Below the pieces are notes generated by a model. It was given only the letters and a program-made list of their open reading frames with translations. It was not told the DNA's origin and searched no databases. A stretch of DNA of 64,000 nucleotides from the IMG/VR virus record IMGVR_UViG_3300031566_008582. One strand, 5' to 3'. Positions 1-9,717 of the stretch are shown piece by piece (the stretch's first letter is position 1; every line of letters begins with the position of its first letter). Source of the stretch: a virus. Both the position numbers and the translations under genes were made by a program.

Positions 1-131
1 AGTTTTTTGTATGCTTCATTGGCCTCTGTTAATGCTTCTAAAGTAATAGTGAGTTTCTTTTGTTTTTTATTTAAAAGATGGCCTGCTACTCCTACCATTA
101 ATCCAAGCACGACAATTGTAAGTATGTCCAA
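1..131 (-). CDS. Partial small membrane/coiled-coil protein (runs off window start)
   Basis: TTG start after GGGGA SD; LDILTIVVLGLMVGVAGHLLNKKQKK... hydrophobic N-terminus; open to window edge. Confidence 0.45.
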   Translation of the reverse strand, partial: MDILTIVVLGLMVGVAGHLLNKKQKKLTITLEALTEANEAYKK

Positions 132-147
132 TTTAATCCCCTGGTTT

Positions 148-178
148 AAAAAAAATGGCCCAATTTCTCGGGCCATTT
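148..178 (-). terminator. Rho-independent terminator downstream of cca
   Basis: AAATGGCCC/GGGCCATTT stem followed by T-run on minus strand. Confidence 0.6.
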
Positions 179-204
179 CAATATAAGGTATTTTTTAATC
201 AATT

Positions 205-1671
205 TCAATCTTTATTTGCACAAATATTTCCACACATATGACCACAGTCCCAACTCCATACAGATTCACTATTTAACATCTCGAGAATTTTATTAAGTCT
301 AAATATTGTCCCATTAGGGCAATATTCGATCCACTCTTTACCTGGGTATGGTATGTGCAACTGTAAATCTGATTTAGAGTTAAGAACATCGTGATATAAC
401 ACATACAACAATAATATTTTTTGTATGAGTCCTATTTCAGGTCCAGATTTTAAACCTGTATGCTCCATAATATCGGTACCATCAATAGCTAAATCATTTA
501 TGCTGAAAGGTTTATTAGCTAATTCAATTTTTATTTTACGTACCAGATTATCTATTTTCCACATAGATAATTTTTCCGTGGTACCGTTTCTGTCGGCCTT
601 TCTAAGTTCAATTAAATCGAATATATATTCTTTACCTACCTTATTAATTAAACGCCTTACCGCCTTCGAAGTTATTTTCGGGGCCGCGTCAAACATATGG
701 TGTTTAATTAAATGAGCCACATCCGCAGTAAAGTTATTTGGGAATTTCCAGGCAGTCAGATATTTTTTAGCTAATTTAGCGCCAGTTTTATCGTGACCAA
801 TAAAACTGTTTTTACCTTTTCTTAAAATTTTACATTCTGGTTTAGCCATGTCGTGAAACACCGCAGCCCACCGTATTAATAAATTATCTTTGGGCACGGC
901 ATCTAAGGCCAACATAATGTGATCAAATACTGTCGAAGCTTGACCTTTTCTAGTTTGTTTAATATTTTTACATTCACACAATTCAGGCAATAATAATTTT
1001 AAAGCCCCGCACTCATACAAATAGTCAAACCCGATACTAGGTTTATCGGAACTTAATAGTTTGTTAAGTTCAACAGCAATTCGTTCGGGAGAAACGTGTA
1101 TTAATAAATTAACACTGGCAGACATCAAATTAAGTGTTTTTTGAGTTATTTTAAAATTTAATCTGGCCGAAAATTGTATGGCTCTTAAAATTCTTAACGG
1201 GTCTTCTTCAAAGGCTTTCTCGGACACGTGTCTAATAATTTTATCTTTAATGTCCTGTAAGCCCCCGAACGGATCAATATACCTTTTAGTTTTTATGTCA
1301 AAGGCTATAGAATTAATTGTAAAATCTCGTCTGCCTAAATCATCCATAACGGTCAAAGTGTGATCAAATTCAACTTTAAATTGTTTATGTCCAGGACCGA
1401 TACTGATTTCTTTTCTGGGTAACGCAATGTCAATTTCTTTTTTTATGTTTTTATTTGCCGGATAAAATTTTAAAACTCCGAACGTAGCTCCAACGTGTTC
1501 TACCTTACCCTTAGTCTGAAGAAAATAAATTAAATAATTAAAAGGCACGCCTGTTACCAGATAATCATAATCTTTAGGATTTTGTTTTAAAATCTTATCT
1601 CGTACTGCCCCTCCTACCCTGTAAACTTTAGCATCTTTATTTTTTAGTAAAGTTTTAAAATATTTTTCCAT
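205..1671 (-). CDS. cca: CCA-adding tRNA nucleotidyltransferase with HD domain
   Basis: VGGAVRD..DYDYLV, RRDFTINSIA, EDPLRILRAIQF, ERI motifs; HD (FHDMAKP) domain. Confidence 0.9.
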   Translation of the reverse strand: MEKYFKTLLKNKDAKVYRVGGAVRDKILKQNPKDYDYLVTGVPFNYLIYFLQTKGKVEHVGATFGVLKFYPANKNIKKEIDIALPRKEISIGPGHKQFKVEFDHTLTVMDDLGRRDFTINSIAFDIKTKRYIDPFGGLQDIKDKIIRHVSEKAFEEDPLRILRAIQFSARLNFKITQKTLNLMSASVNLLIHVSPERIAVELNKLLSSDKPSIGFDYLYECGALKLLLPELCECKNIKQTRKGQASTVFDHIMLALDAVPKDNLLIRWAAVFHDMAKPECKILRKGKNSFIGHDKTGAKLAKKYLTAWKFPNNFTADVAHLIKHHMFDAAPKITSKAVRRLINKVGKEYIFDLIELRKADRNGTTEKLSMWKIDNLVRKIKIELANKPFSINDLAIDGTDIMEHTGLKSGPEIGLIQKILLLYVLYHDVLNSKSDLQLHIPYPGKEWIEYCPNGTIFRLNKILEMLNSESVWSWDCGHMCGNICANKD

Positions 1672-2324
1672 TATAAAGACTCACTCCTTAACTGTTTTGC
1701 ACGATTTCGAACTATATCAATAATTTGTCGCTTATCTGACATATCCTCCGAAATCAAAGCATTGCCCTCAGGATAAAATACTCTACCAAATAAAAAATAA
1801 CTAGGCAGTTTGTCTATAGGTAGTGGGACACAATTTAAAGGTAAATTAAGTTGTTCAGTCTTTAATTGATTCGTTAAAAAATTTTTTTGATAACGGTTCG
1901 TTACGTCCCTATAGACTTCGTCCACACAATCACCAATATATGAATCTATTTCCGACCAAGTACTGGCACGCGAGTGGCCATATTTGTAAAACAGGGGAGA
2001 TAGTTTTTTAATATTTCGGTTTTTGCATGCTTCACTAAAACCTATGGTAAGACCACTACTGATAGCCGTAGAAAATGAAATTTCAGAATTTAATGAGGAA
2101 CTGTTTCTACATTTGTCGCTCATCCAAAATCTTTGCTCATGAGCCAAACCGGGTGTTATGGTGATTACTTTATCACTATACTGGTAAATAACACAATTTG
2201 TTTTTACAAGAGCAGACATTTTATTAACAGCTTCCGCAAAAATTTCCCCTATCGTAGTGTCAAAAATTTTAAATGGTTTACACCATTCAGTAAATTTCTG
2301 GGCATTAAAAGCATCAATTATCAT
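1671..2324 (-). CDS. Hypothetical protein
   Basis: 217-aa ORF translationally coupled to cca. Confidence 0.7.
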   Translation of the reverse strand: MIIDAFNAQKFTEWCKPFKIFDTTIGEIFAEAVNKMSALVKTNCVIYQYSDKVITITPGLAHEQRFWMSDKCRNSSSLNSEISFSTAISSGLTIGFSEACKNRNIKKLSPLFYKYGHSRASTWSEIDSYIGDCVDEVYRDVTNRYQKNFLTNQLKTEQLNLPLNCVPLPIDKLPSYFLFGRVFYPEGNALISEDMSDKRQIIDIVRNRAKQLRSESL

Positions 2325-2338
2325 AATTTATTCTCTTT

Positions 2339-2689
2339 TTAAAAAGCATTTTCAAATTCCGGTTTTCGTCTCGCACCACACCATCTTGTAACTCTATTTA
2401 AAGATTTTATGGTGCCGGTAAATACATGTAAATCGCAAACGCATGTATAATGAGTTGTTGTCAATTTTTCTCTATCTTTTAAAGCCGCTTCTCTTGTTTT
2501 ATTAACCTTTCTAAATCTTGGATGTGGCCAGCCTGGAGGCAACACAGTAGGGTGCCCACAATTGCCCATAGTCTGTCTGTTATTAGAATAAAAATAATAA
2601 TTGCAATTTCCGCAACATTTAGTAATCCTATAATTAGGACGTCTTGGATCAGGGTCAATGGTTGGATCCGTAAAATTTATTCCCGCCAT
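2339..2689 (-). CDS. Cys-rich hypothetical protein (possible metal binding)
   Basis: CCGNCNYY, GNCGHP, CVCDLH; co-oriented with neighbours. Confidence 0.65.
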   Translation of the reverse strand: MAGINFTDPTIDPDPRRPNYRITKCCGNCNYYFYSNNRQTMGNCGHPTVLPPGWPHPRFRKVNKTREAALKDREKLTTTHYTCVCDLHVFTGTIKSLNRVTRWCGARRKPEFENAF

Positions 2690-3183
2690 AAAGTTTCTCC
2701 TTTTAAATGATCTAATTCGTGTTGTATAAGTTGGGCCAGTACTCCGGTCATTTTAATAGTCCTGGGTAACATACTCATGTCATAATAAGTTAGTGTGTAA
2801 TTCTTTTTTCTTTTTTTTATTTTAGGTTTTTTGTGCCGGGAACTCATGCAAATTTCCCAATATTTAATATTAGGACCCGAGCCCTTACCTGAAGGATTAA
2901 CAAGTACCTTCCATTTATCCGGAGGCTCATTATGTTCTGCTGATTCTTCCCAACTCAATACTATGGATACCGCGGGAATTTTAGTTTGATCTCCTTTCCA
3001 AATTTGATTAGCGGATAAGCCGACACAGTTAGACAGACTTTCCGCTGTTTCTATTAGATCCTGTACCAGATCTTTTATCAGTGTAACGTCGTCTATTGGA
3101 ATTGCTCGACTTGTTAAAATTTTTAATTCTTCTGGTTGGCTGGTTTGATTTAGTTTGATTACCGTCATTTTGTTTAGAGTCAT
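2677..3183 (-). CDS. def: Peptide deformylase
   Basis: GLSANQI (motif 1), EICMS (variant of EGCLS), QHELDH (HExDH). Confidence 0.85.
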   Translation of the reverse strand: MTLNKMTVIKLNQTSQPEELKILTSRAIPIDDVTLIKDLVQDLIETAESLSNCVGLSANQIWKGDQTKIPAVSIVLSWEESAEHNEPPDKWKVLVNPSGKGSGPNIKYWEICMSSRHKKPKIKKRKKNYTLTYYDMSMLPRTIKMTGVLAQLIQHELDHLKGETLWRE

Positions 3184-3925
3184 ACCTGGTTAAAGATTTT
3201 ATTACCATTTGTTTTATACCAGAATCTGTGATTGTGGCATTACGAAAGGCATCGGCTAAAGAGCCTCTTACCCGACTACTAGTATTACGTTCTATTTTTT
3301 GCATTTTATTCTCCATTTTTCTATTTCTTTGGCGATTATTGCCTTATTAATAAATTCCTTCATAATTTTATCAACGACTTGCTGTGGACCACTAACAGCT
3401 AATTCATAGTTGCCTATTTTCGCTCTCATGTATACTCGCATCACTACTCCATAATATAATTATTGTAATTTTTTTCCTAAACCTATTATGACAGCAAAAA
3501 ATGGAAAAGCTATTGATATTTCTAATTGATAAAAGAAACTTTCCCACCTAATGCCAAAGCCGATATGTTTTTGGAAAATAATATAAAATCTATCAGGGTC
3601 GTTCATTATTACATCTCTAAATTACGAACGTGACCTAGCAGACTGGTATACTCAGCGGTTTTCATTTCTTTAATTTCTTTTGGTCCAAGTAATCTTGTGT
3701 TTCCATTATTGTCTATCATCGTGATATGAGTGTATTCCATAGTGCCGATGAATTTTCCTTCTTTATTGTAGACTAACCAAATCCTCATTTTGACTCCTTT
3801 CTTACTTCTTCGTAATGATCTATTTCAAGTGCACAACGAATGCACCTATAAACACATGAAGCCACCTCATACATTTCTTTAGAGCAATGGGGGGCATAAT
3901 ATTTTATCGTCTAATTCATTCCAGG

Positions 3926-4354
3926 TCATTTCCCGATTACCTTATCAATTTTAATACAGATGTCGCAAAGATTGTCTGGATCGTGTGGATCAGTGTTGAA
4001 CGGTTCTAATGCTTGTCGCACATCTTGTAACACAGTTTTAAAAGTAATTTCATTTTTTAATAGTAAGTCCATCATCTCACATCTAATAGCTTCACGAGAG
4101 GAAGCAATTTCTAAACCATCTCCTTCTTTAGCAATTAATCGTTTTAAATCACCTATCTTTTTTTCTGTTTCAATCAATTGGGATTTTAGACCGTTTATTA
4201 ATTCCCAAACATGGTTTGGATTGCCAATAATTTCGTGTACCTTAATTATCATTCCACGATAATTATCAGTTCGGCATGTTCGACAATATCTTTGTTCAAA
4301 TGTGTTATTATTCGATGGATTAAATCTATCTCCACAAAGTTCACATTTACTCAT
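3926..4354 (-). CDS. Hypothetical Zn-finger/coiled-coil protein
   Basis: CELC..CRTC N-terminus, coiled-coil middle; overlapping stop/start with neighbour. Confidence 0.65.
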   Translation of the reverse strand: MSKCELCGDRFNPSNNNTFEQRYCRTCRTDNYRGMIIKVHEIIGNPNHVWELINGLKSQLIETEKKIGDLKRLIAKEGDGLEIASSREAIRCEMMDLLLKNEITFKTVLQDVRQALEPFNTDPHDPDNLCDICIKIDKVIGK

Positions 4355-4677
4355 TGTTTGCCGCCTTCCTTATCTTTTAGTACCGCTTTGTCAAGTTGGT
4401 TAGCAAAACATTCACACAAATCATCTACTACATCGCTGGCTGCAACAATATGTTCAGGAATATTAAGCTGTTTACGCCATTTATCAAGTTGCTCGTTTTG
4501 CATTTTATCTTGTGCGGCTAATGCACCTTTCGCTAAGGTTAGTTTATCTTTACATTTTTCTAGTAATCTCTCCGCCCCTATCATTAATTTGCAAGCTTCA
4601 CATATTTCGCACGTATCATAGTTACGAATACAGGTGCATTCATAATCTATGCCTTGCCATTTTTTTGTTTTACTCAT
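4351..4677 (-). CDS. Hypothetical protein
   Basis: Coupled ORF in dense minus-strand small-gene run. Confidence 0.65.
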   Translation of the reverse strand: MSKTKKWQGIDYECTCIRNYDTCEICEACKLMIGAERLLEKCKDKLTLAKGALAAQDKMQNEQLDKWRKQLNIPEHIVAASDVVDDLCECFANQLDKAVLKDKEGGKQ

Positions 4678-4894
4678 TTTTTTCTATCCTATGGACTTGG
4701 ATAATCTTACACCCATCTTCTTCAAATCCGTCCCAATCTGGGCCTCCGGCTACTGGTAGTGCTATTAAAAAACTATCTCTAGCTTCAATTTCTGAACTAC
4801 AAATCTCTGTTAGAATACAGCCATCAGGACCAATTACAGCCCACCCAATTGATTTAGTTTCTTTTATTGTACCCACTTGAGTTTGAAGTTCCAC
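4670..4894 (-). CDS. Hypothetical protein
   Basis: 74-aa ORF in the same run. Confidence 0.55.
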   Translation of the reverse strand: MELQTQVGTIKETKSIGWAVIGPDGCILTEICSSEIEARDSFLIALPVAGGPDWDGFEEDGCKIIQVHRIEKNE

Positions 4895-5013
4895 AATACT
4901 ATTAAATAGCTTGCTTACTCCGCTATCATTAAGAGTTAGAAATAGAACTGTGTCACCATCAGGAAATTGTATGTGGTGTGTTCCATTTTTCTTATAATGT
5001 TTCCATCATTCAT

Positions 5014-5289
5014 TCATTTTATTCTCCTAGCACTAAAATCATGAAAATATTTCAAAAGTTTAGGGTATAATTTTATTGTAAAATTATTTTTTGGTTTTTT
5101 TTGCTTCAGGTTTTTTAGAGTGTCCGCGGCAATGGTGTGCCCACAAAATATTTCTCCATTATCCCCATAATTTTCAGGATTGGCGTAAAACATTAATGCT
5201 TCCCGTAAATTTTGATTCTCTTTCTTTAGTTTTTCAATTTCATCGGAAATTTGTTTTTTACTCATTATAAGGATTCCTTTGCTAAACAA
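5014..5289 (-). CDS. Hypothetical protein
   Basis: LREALMFYANPENY segment typical of small phage proteins. Confidence 0.6.
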   Translation of the reverse strand: MFSKGILIMSKKQISDEIEKLKKENQNLREALMFYANPENYGDNGEIFCGHTIAADTLKNLKQKKPKNNFTIKLYPKLLKYFHDFSARRIK

Positions 5290-5447
5290 TTTTTACATAT
5301 AGACCCGGCACCAGGTCTTTTATATTTTGCAAGGCTATAATATCTGGGCCTAATGCCGCAAAGAGTCGTTGGGTATTGGTCCCAGCGTTTGCGTTTTTTT
5401 AAAATGTGCCATTTAGTTTTATTGGGGACTTTAATGTATGTGGCCAT
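5265..5447 (-). CDS. Small Zn-finger-like protein
   Basis: WH...TLCG...ICKNC pattern. Confidence 0.55.
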   Translation of the reverse strand: MATYIKVPNKTKWHILKKRKRWDQYPTTLCGIRPRYYSLAKYKRPGAGSICKNCLAKESL

Positions 5448-5458
5448 ATTGTTATTGT

Positions 5459-5782
5459 TTATTCCTCGAGTTTAATACCTAATTCTTCTGCCACCTCATA
5501 AATATCAACATAATTTATTCCTTCTTTTTTAGTTTCATTATAGAAAAATACGTTAAAGGAATCAGATATATTAAATGCTGAATCTATTAATGTTGCAATA
5601 TTATAATAAGGGTTTCCGTCATCACAATGTTCGTTGCACAAAATAATGCAAGATTCACCAAACACATCTCCGCAAGTCGTTAAAATTTTATCTAATAAAA
5701 TGTTGTCCGAACAACCTATTTTTATTAAATCGTCTACTAATGATTTGTGGTTATAAGCATAAAGATCAATTGAAATTGACAT
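5459..5782 (-). CDS. Hypothetical protein
   Basis: 107-aa ORF with GGAAGGA SD. Confidence 0.65.
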   Translation of the reverse strand: MSISIDLYAYNHKSLVDDLIKIGCSDNILLDKILTTCGDVFGESCIILCNEHCDDGNPYYNIATLIDSAFNISDSFNVFFYNETKKEGINYVDIYEVAEELGIKLEE

Positions 5783-5886
5783 TATTTCCTTCCTTTAATT
5801 CCGAATCTATTTAAATCATCCTCTACAAAAAAATCTTTTAATAGTTCTTTTTTAGTATCGGCAACTGCCGATTCACCACCAGCCTG

Positions 5887-6171
5887 TCAGTCCCACCCAG
5901 TATAATCACACCAGGCATTGATGGCGCCATATTTATTATTTTTTAATTGCACTAAGCAGATCCAAGCCGCTCCGTCGTTTTCGCCCTCAGATAAATATAT
6001 AATACGCTTAACATCTTCTCTTTCAAATGTAGCGTAAGTAAATGCTTCTCGCCAATTATAATCGCATAATGTTTCAAGCATTTCCCCGTGCACTGTATAG
6101 CAGTTGGGACACGCGCCAGCGCCAGTTCTTATTGGGCAGTGCTTGCGATATTCTATTGGTTTTCTGTCCAT
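5887..6171 (-). CDS. Hypothetical protein
   Basis: SEGENDGAAWICLVQLKNNKYGAINAWCDYTGWD; protein-like, co-oriented. Confidence 0.65.
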   Translation of the reverse strand: MDRKPIEYRKHCPIRTGAGACPNCYTVHGEMLETLCDYNWREAFTYATFEREDVKRIIYLSEGENDGAAWICLVQLKNNKYGAINAWCDYTGWD

Positions 6172-6188
6172 TTTTATTATTGGTTTGT

Positions 6189-7607
6189 TTATTTAAAATC
6201 TTTTAAATGTTTTTGGCGAGCTTTAGCCTGCCAAGATAAAAGTTCAATATTGTTATCAACAAAATCTACTATTACCGCTTTCTTTGTTTTATTCTTTCTC
6301 ATTACTCTTCCGCGGCACTGTTTTACCATTACCTCGGACCTAATGGGTGCACAAAACGCGGCCATCTCTAAAGTAACAATATCTATACCTTTGTGAAATA
6401 ATCCGTATGTTGATATTAAGGTTGTTAATGTTTCGTTATTTAAACGGGTTATAATACTTTCTCTATGCTTTTTAGAAGTTTTTTTAAAAATTTCTTTAGC
6501 CTCTTGGTCACCATATTTACTTTTTATTTTGTCTTTATCGTATTTAGAAATTTGTGATATAAGTATGTCTGACCCAGGAAGTTTTTTATGTAAAATTATA
6601 ACTTGCATAATTCTGTCACACAGTAAAACTTTCTGTAAATCCTTATACCGTTTTTCTGTGACAGTATCAACTATTAATTGGTTTCTGGTTTCACACGCGG
6701 ACAGGTCAGTAATCATATCAGTATACTCTGTAATAGAAATAAGAGGAAAATAATAAGTGGTAGGAATCGTTACAATTTCTGGTTTTATAATATTGGAAAC
6801 ATCGTTAAATGGTACCGTGTAAATAATTGGACCTGTAGCCCAAAATATTACTTGGGTAAGCCCGTCTTCTCTTTTCGGGGTAGCACTAAGTCCTATTTTA
6901 TATTTTGCTTTTAGTTTGGTCATTACATTATAATATGTGTCCGCGGCAATAATGTGTGTTTCGTCACATATTATTTGACCAATATTTTTATTTATCTCAT
7001 CATAGTATCTATCGTCAAGTCTGTGCATACTTTGTAGTAAAGCCACAGTTACAGGTTTTATTGAAAATTGGTCATTGCCTATAAAACCAATATCGTCTTT
7101 AGTAAGATTGGTAAATTCTATTAATTTGTTTACAAATTGGTTGCCCAACTCTATTTGGTCTACTAGAATTAAAGTAGGCTGTTTTCTTTTTACTATTAAA
7201 TAAATAGCGCATACAGTTTTTCCACTGCCTGTAGGAGCTTGAATAACACCAAAAGATTTTATTAAGGCTATGTCACAGGCAACTTGTTGAAAAGGTTTCA
7301 AAATTCCCTTAAATTGTATGTTTAATAGATTTGAGGTTTCAAACCTGCTGTCAATTAATTGTGGTGGTTTTTCGGCAGGACCCCATTGCCTTAACAAATC
7401 ATTGATATACCCGCTGGGTAAAATAAAATGGCGGCCCTTTTGTACATAGAATTCTAGATATTGGGGTTTACCCCATACCGAGAGTTCTAATTGAGCCGCC
7501 TTTTTCCACAGTGGGTTTGTTATAGTTAAGTCTTTTTTTATTTTTTCTATTTTTTTAATATCAAGATCTTCTATGTTAACATAGATCTTATCTTCTAGTA
7601 GTATCAT
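6189..7607 (-). CDS. Superfamily II (DExD/H) helicase
   Basis: APTGSGKT (Walker A), ICDETH (motif II), LSATPKR (motif III), QCRGRVMR (motif VI). Confidence 0.9.
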   Translation of the reverse strand: MILLEDKIYVNIEDLDIKKIEKIKKDLTITNPLWKKAAQLELSVWGKPQYLEFYVQKGRHFILPSGYINDLLRQWGPAEKPPQLIDSRFETSNLLNIQFKGILKPFQQVACDIALIKSFGVIQAPTGSGKTVCAIYLIVKRKQPTLILVDQIELGNQFVNKLIEFTNLTKDDIGFIGNDQFSIKPVTVALLQSMHRLDDRYYDEINKNIGQIICDETHIIAADTYYNVMTKLKAKYKIGLSATPKREDGLTQVIFWATGPIIYTVPFNDVSNIIKPEIVTIPTTYYFPLISITEYTDMITDLSACETRNQLIVDTVTEKRYKDLQKVLLCDRIMQVIILHKKLPGSDILISQISKYDKDKIKSKYGDQEAKEIFKKTSKKHRESIITRLNNETLTTLISTYGLFHKGIDIVTLEMAAFCAPIRSEVMVKQCRGRVMRKNKTKKAVIVDFVDNNIELLSWQAKARQKHLKDFK

Positions 7608-8413
7608 TTTTTAAAGTATTGGCTTAGTTCCTCATCTGACAAATTATCTAGGTATTGGCCGTGCGAACCATCTGGATGTTCATCATTATACGCAAAAGAA
7701 CGTCCGCTGTCAAATTTTCTTTGTGTCCTGGACTGACTTTGTTTCCTTACTCTATATATTCCTGCTGTAAAACCACAAACATCGAAAACGGCCCCAACCT
7801 CAGACATACGTCTCCATAAAATACCGTCTTCTCCACAAACTAAATATTGAGGCCAACCAGTTGTTTTATCATAAATTTCCCTGGTATGCATTACGCCGAG
7901 AGGTATGATGACGTTTCGTTTTTGTAATATTTCATGAACTTTCCAAATGATTCTAGACGGGTCATATAAAATGTGTTGCCTATTTTCTATTATATAGTAA
8001 TTACTTAAAACTACGTCAGCTTTAGGATTTTGTTCAAAAATCTTCACGGCCCCGAGTATTCTGCTGGAACATAACTCATCATCGGCATCCAAATAACAAA
8101 TATATTTGCCTGATGATTTGGCTATAGCTAAGTGTCTGGCAAATCCAGGACCACAGTTGCAGTCTAGTTTATGTGTCTGAATTACTATGTTTTTTTTGAC
8201 AGACTCCATTCGTTTCCAACCCATTATTTTATTCCACGTTCTGTCTTTATCATCAGACCCGTCGTCAACAATAACTAGTTCATAAAGATATGGAAAATTT
8301 TGATTTATGACTGATTCTATAGCCCTGTCAATAAATAATACCGCGCGCCAGGCAGGCATTATTATTGAAACTAATGGCCTAGTTCTTTCTCTATCTGTGC
8401 TCTCTCTACCCAC
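7604..8413 (-). CDS. Glycosyltransferase family 2
   Basis: VSIIMPAW, VVVDDGS, ARHLAI..YICYLDADD, GEDGILW. Confidence 0.85.
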   Translation of the reverse strand: MGRESTDRERTRPLVSIIMPAWRAVLFIDRAIESVINQNFPYLYELVIVDDGSDDKDRTWNKIMGWKRMESVKKNIVIQTHKLDCNCGPGFARHLAIAKSSGKYICYLDADDELCSSRILGAVKIFEQNPKADVVLSNYYIIENRQHILYDPSRIIWKVHEILQKRNVIIPLGVMHTREIYDKTTGWPQYLVCGEDGILWRRMSEVGAVFDVCGFTAGIYRVRKQSQSRTQRKFDSGRSFAYNDEHPDGSHGQYLDNLSDEELSQYFKK

Positions 8414-8814
8414 TTCGCATTTATGATTACTGCATCATTTACTGTTGATATCTCTACCACTTCTTTTACCATTTGGCAAAATGGCTCTAATCTAGACTCT
8501 TTAACTTCCCAATCGCCCCATACCTGGTTTACAACCAATTGGCTGTCCGTGTAAATTAATGCGGTAACGGGACCATCTAAATTACGACAAACCTTCTCAG
8601 ATATTATAGAATAAATAAACATTATTCCGTAATATATGGCTAAATATTCTGCTTCATTGTTAGTAAATTCCCCAAAGTTTAGTTTACAAGTTGCAAGCAC
8701 TTTTTGTTCGTCTTCCAGCTCTTCTATAACTTTAAAAGAACCGTAGGCCTCATTTACCTTGTTTTTGTCATGGTTGTTTATGCATCCACCATCAACATAC
8801 ATAATTAATTTCAT
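8371..8814 (-). CDS. rnhA: Ribonuclease HI
   Basis: YVDGG, TNNEAEYLAI, YTDSQLVVNQVWGDWEVK. Confidence 0.85.
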   Translation of the reverse strand: MKLIMYVDGGCINNHDKNKVNEAYGSFKVIEELEDEQKVLATCKLNFGEFTNNEAEYLAIYYGIMFIYSIISEKVCRNLDGPVTALIYTDSQLVVNQVWGDWEVKESRLEPFCQMVKEVVEISTVNDAVIINAKWVERAQIEKELGH

Positions 8815-8857
8815 TTTGTCAAATCCTCCATAATAAATGTTTGTTTATAACAATTTT

Positions 8858-8866
8858 CTTATACCA
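8858..8866 (-). promoter_or_regulatory. TGGTATAAG extended -10-like motif (one of five exact copies)
   Basis: Exact copies at 8858, 39450, 39860, 48988, 55257, each upstream of minus-strand starts. Confidence 0.55.
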
Positions 8867-8884
8867 GAAAAAGAGTTCTTACTA

Positions 8885-8913
8885 TTGACAGGCCGCAAAA
8901 ATTATCGTATATT
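8885..8913 (+). promoter_or_regulatory. Sigma70-type promoter for tail module
   Basis: TTGACA-N17-TATATT in divergent intergenic region. Confidence 0.7.
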
Positions 8914-8947
8914 ATCACAGAAATACATTATAACCAATTATTAAATT

Positions 8948-9358
8948 ATGTCTAACAAAGAATTGCAACAATATGTAGAGGACCTTATTTTTAAAAATGA
9001 GGCCATCAAAGAATTTGAATTTTTAGATGGTAAACTAAAAGTAAGGATATCAAATCTACGAGCCAAAGACCAGATAGCGGTTGAAGAGGAAATGAAAACA
9101 CTAACTGGTACACAGGCCCTCATTCTTCACATCTATCAAACTAAACTCTTGTCCCGCACCATTAAATCTTATGATAATCATGAGTTTAAAACTCCTGAAG
9201 AATGGTATGCGTTTTTAGAAAACAAGGGATCCATTGTTCTCGATTTATTGATGATTACACAGGATAAGTTTGAAAAAGAGTTGAGATCCGCATTGATAAA
9301 ACCAGAGGTAATGGAAAATTTTACACCTCCCCAATCAACAGGGCAAGAATCGACTTAA
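8948..9358 (+). CDS. Tail assembly chaperone (gpG-like)
   Basis: Position before tape-measure-like gene; slippery A_AAT_TTT at 9316-9322. Confidence 0.6.
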   Translation: MSNKELQQYVEDLIFKNEAIKEFEFLDGKLKVRISNLRAKDQIAVEEEMKTLTGTQALILHIYQTKLLSRTIKSYDNHEFKTPEEWYAFLENKGSIVLDLLMITQDKFEKELRSALIKPEVMENFTPPQSTGQEST

Positions 9359-9717
9359 TGTTGGCTGGGGTTGACATTGAAAAATTTTACCAAACGCCCG
9401 TAGAAATATATTTAATTAAACGATATATTGACAAAGAAATAATTGAAGATTTACGATTTAAACTGACTGTTAATGCGACTCAATTAGATCGATCTTCGGC
9501 AAAAGAGGTTAATAAATTTAATTCTCAAATGAAAATTTATAGAGATTTATTGGATCCTTCTATTCCTAAAGAACGTAAAGATTATAGTCAAATAGCTGGT
9601 AAGTTATTTGACAAAATAAAAAAAGAAAAAATAAAAGTAAAATCAACAGGCGACCTAAAAAAATCTATAAAAAATAAACCCATTAATTTCAAATCTAATT
9701 TGACACGGATAGAGTAA
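9358..9717 (+). CDS. Tail chaperone C-terminal ORF (gpT-like, -1 frame)
   Basis: In -1 frame relative to 8948 ORF; frame open back to 9274. Confidence 0.55.
   Translation: MLAGVDIEKFYQTPVEIYLIKRYIDKEIIEDLRFKLTVNATQLDRSSAKEVNKFNSQMKIYRDLLDPSIPKERKDYSQIAGKLFDKIKKEKIKVKSTGDLKKSIKNKPINFKSNLTRIE

Noticed and set aside
3029-3316. 95-aa ORF overlapping def
   Set aside because: About half overlaps def in another frame with low-complexity output; uncertain whether real
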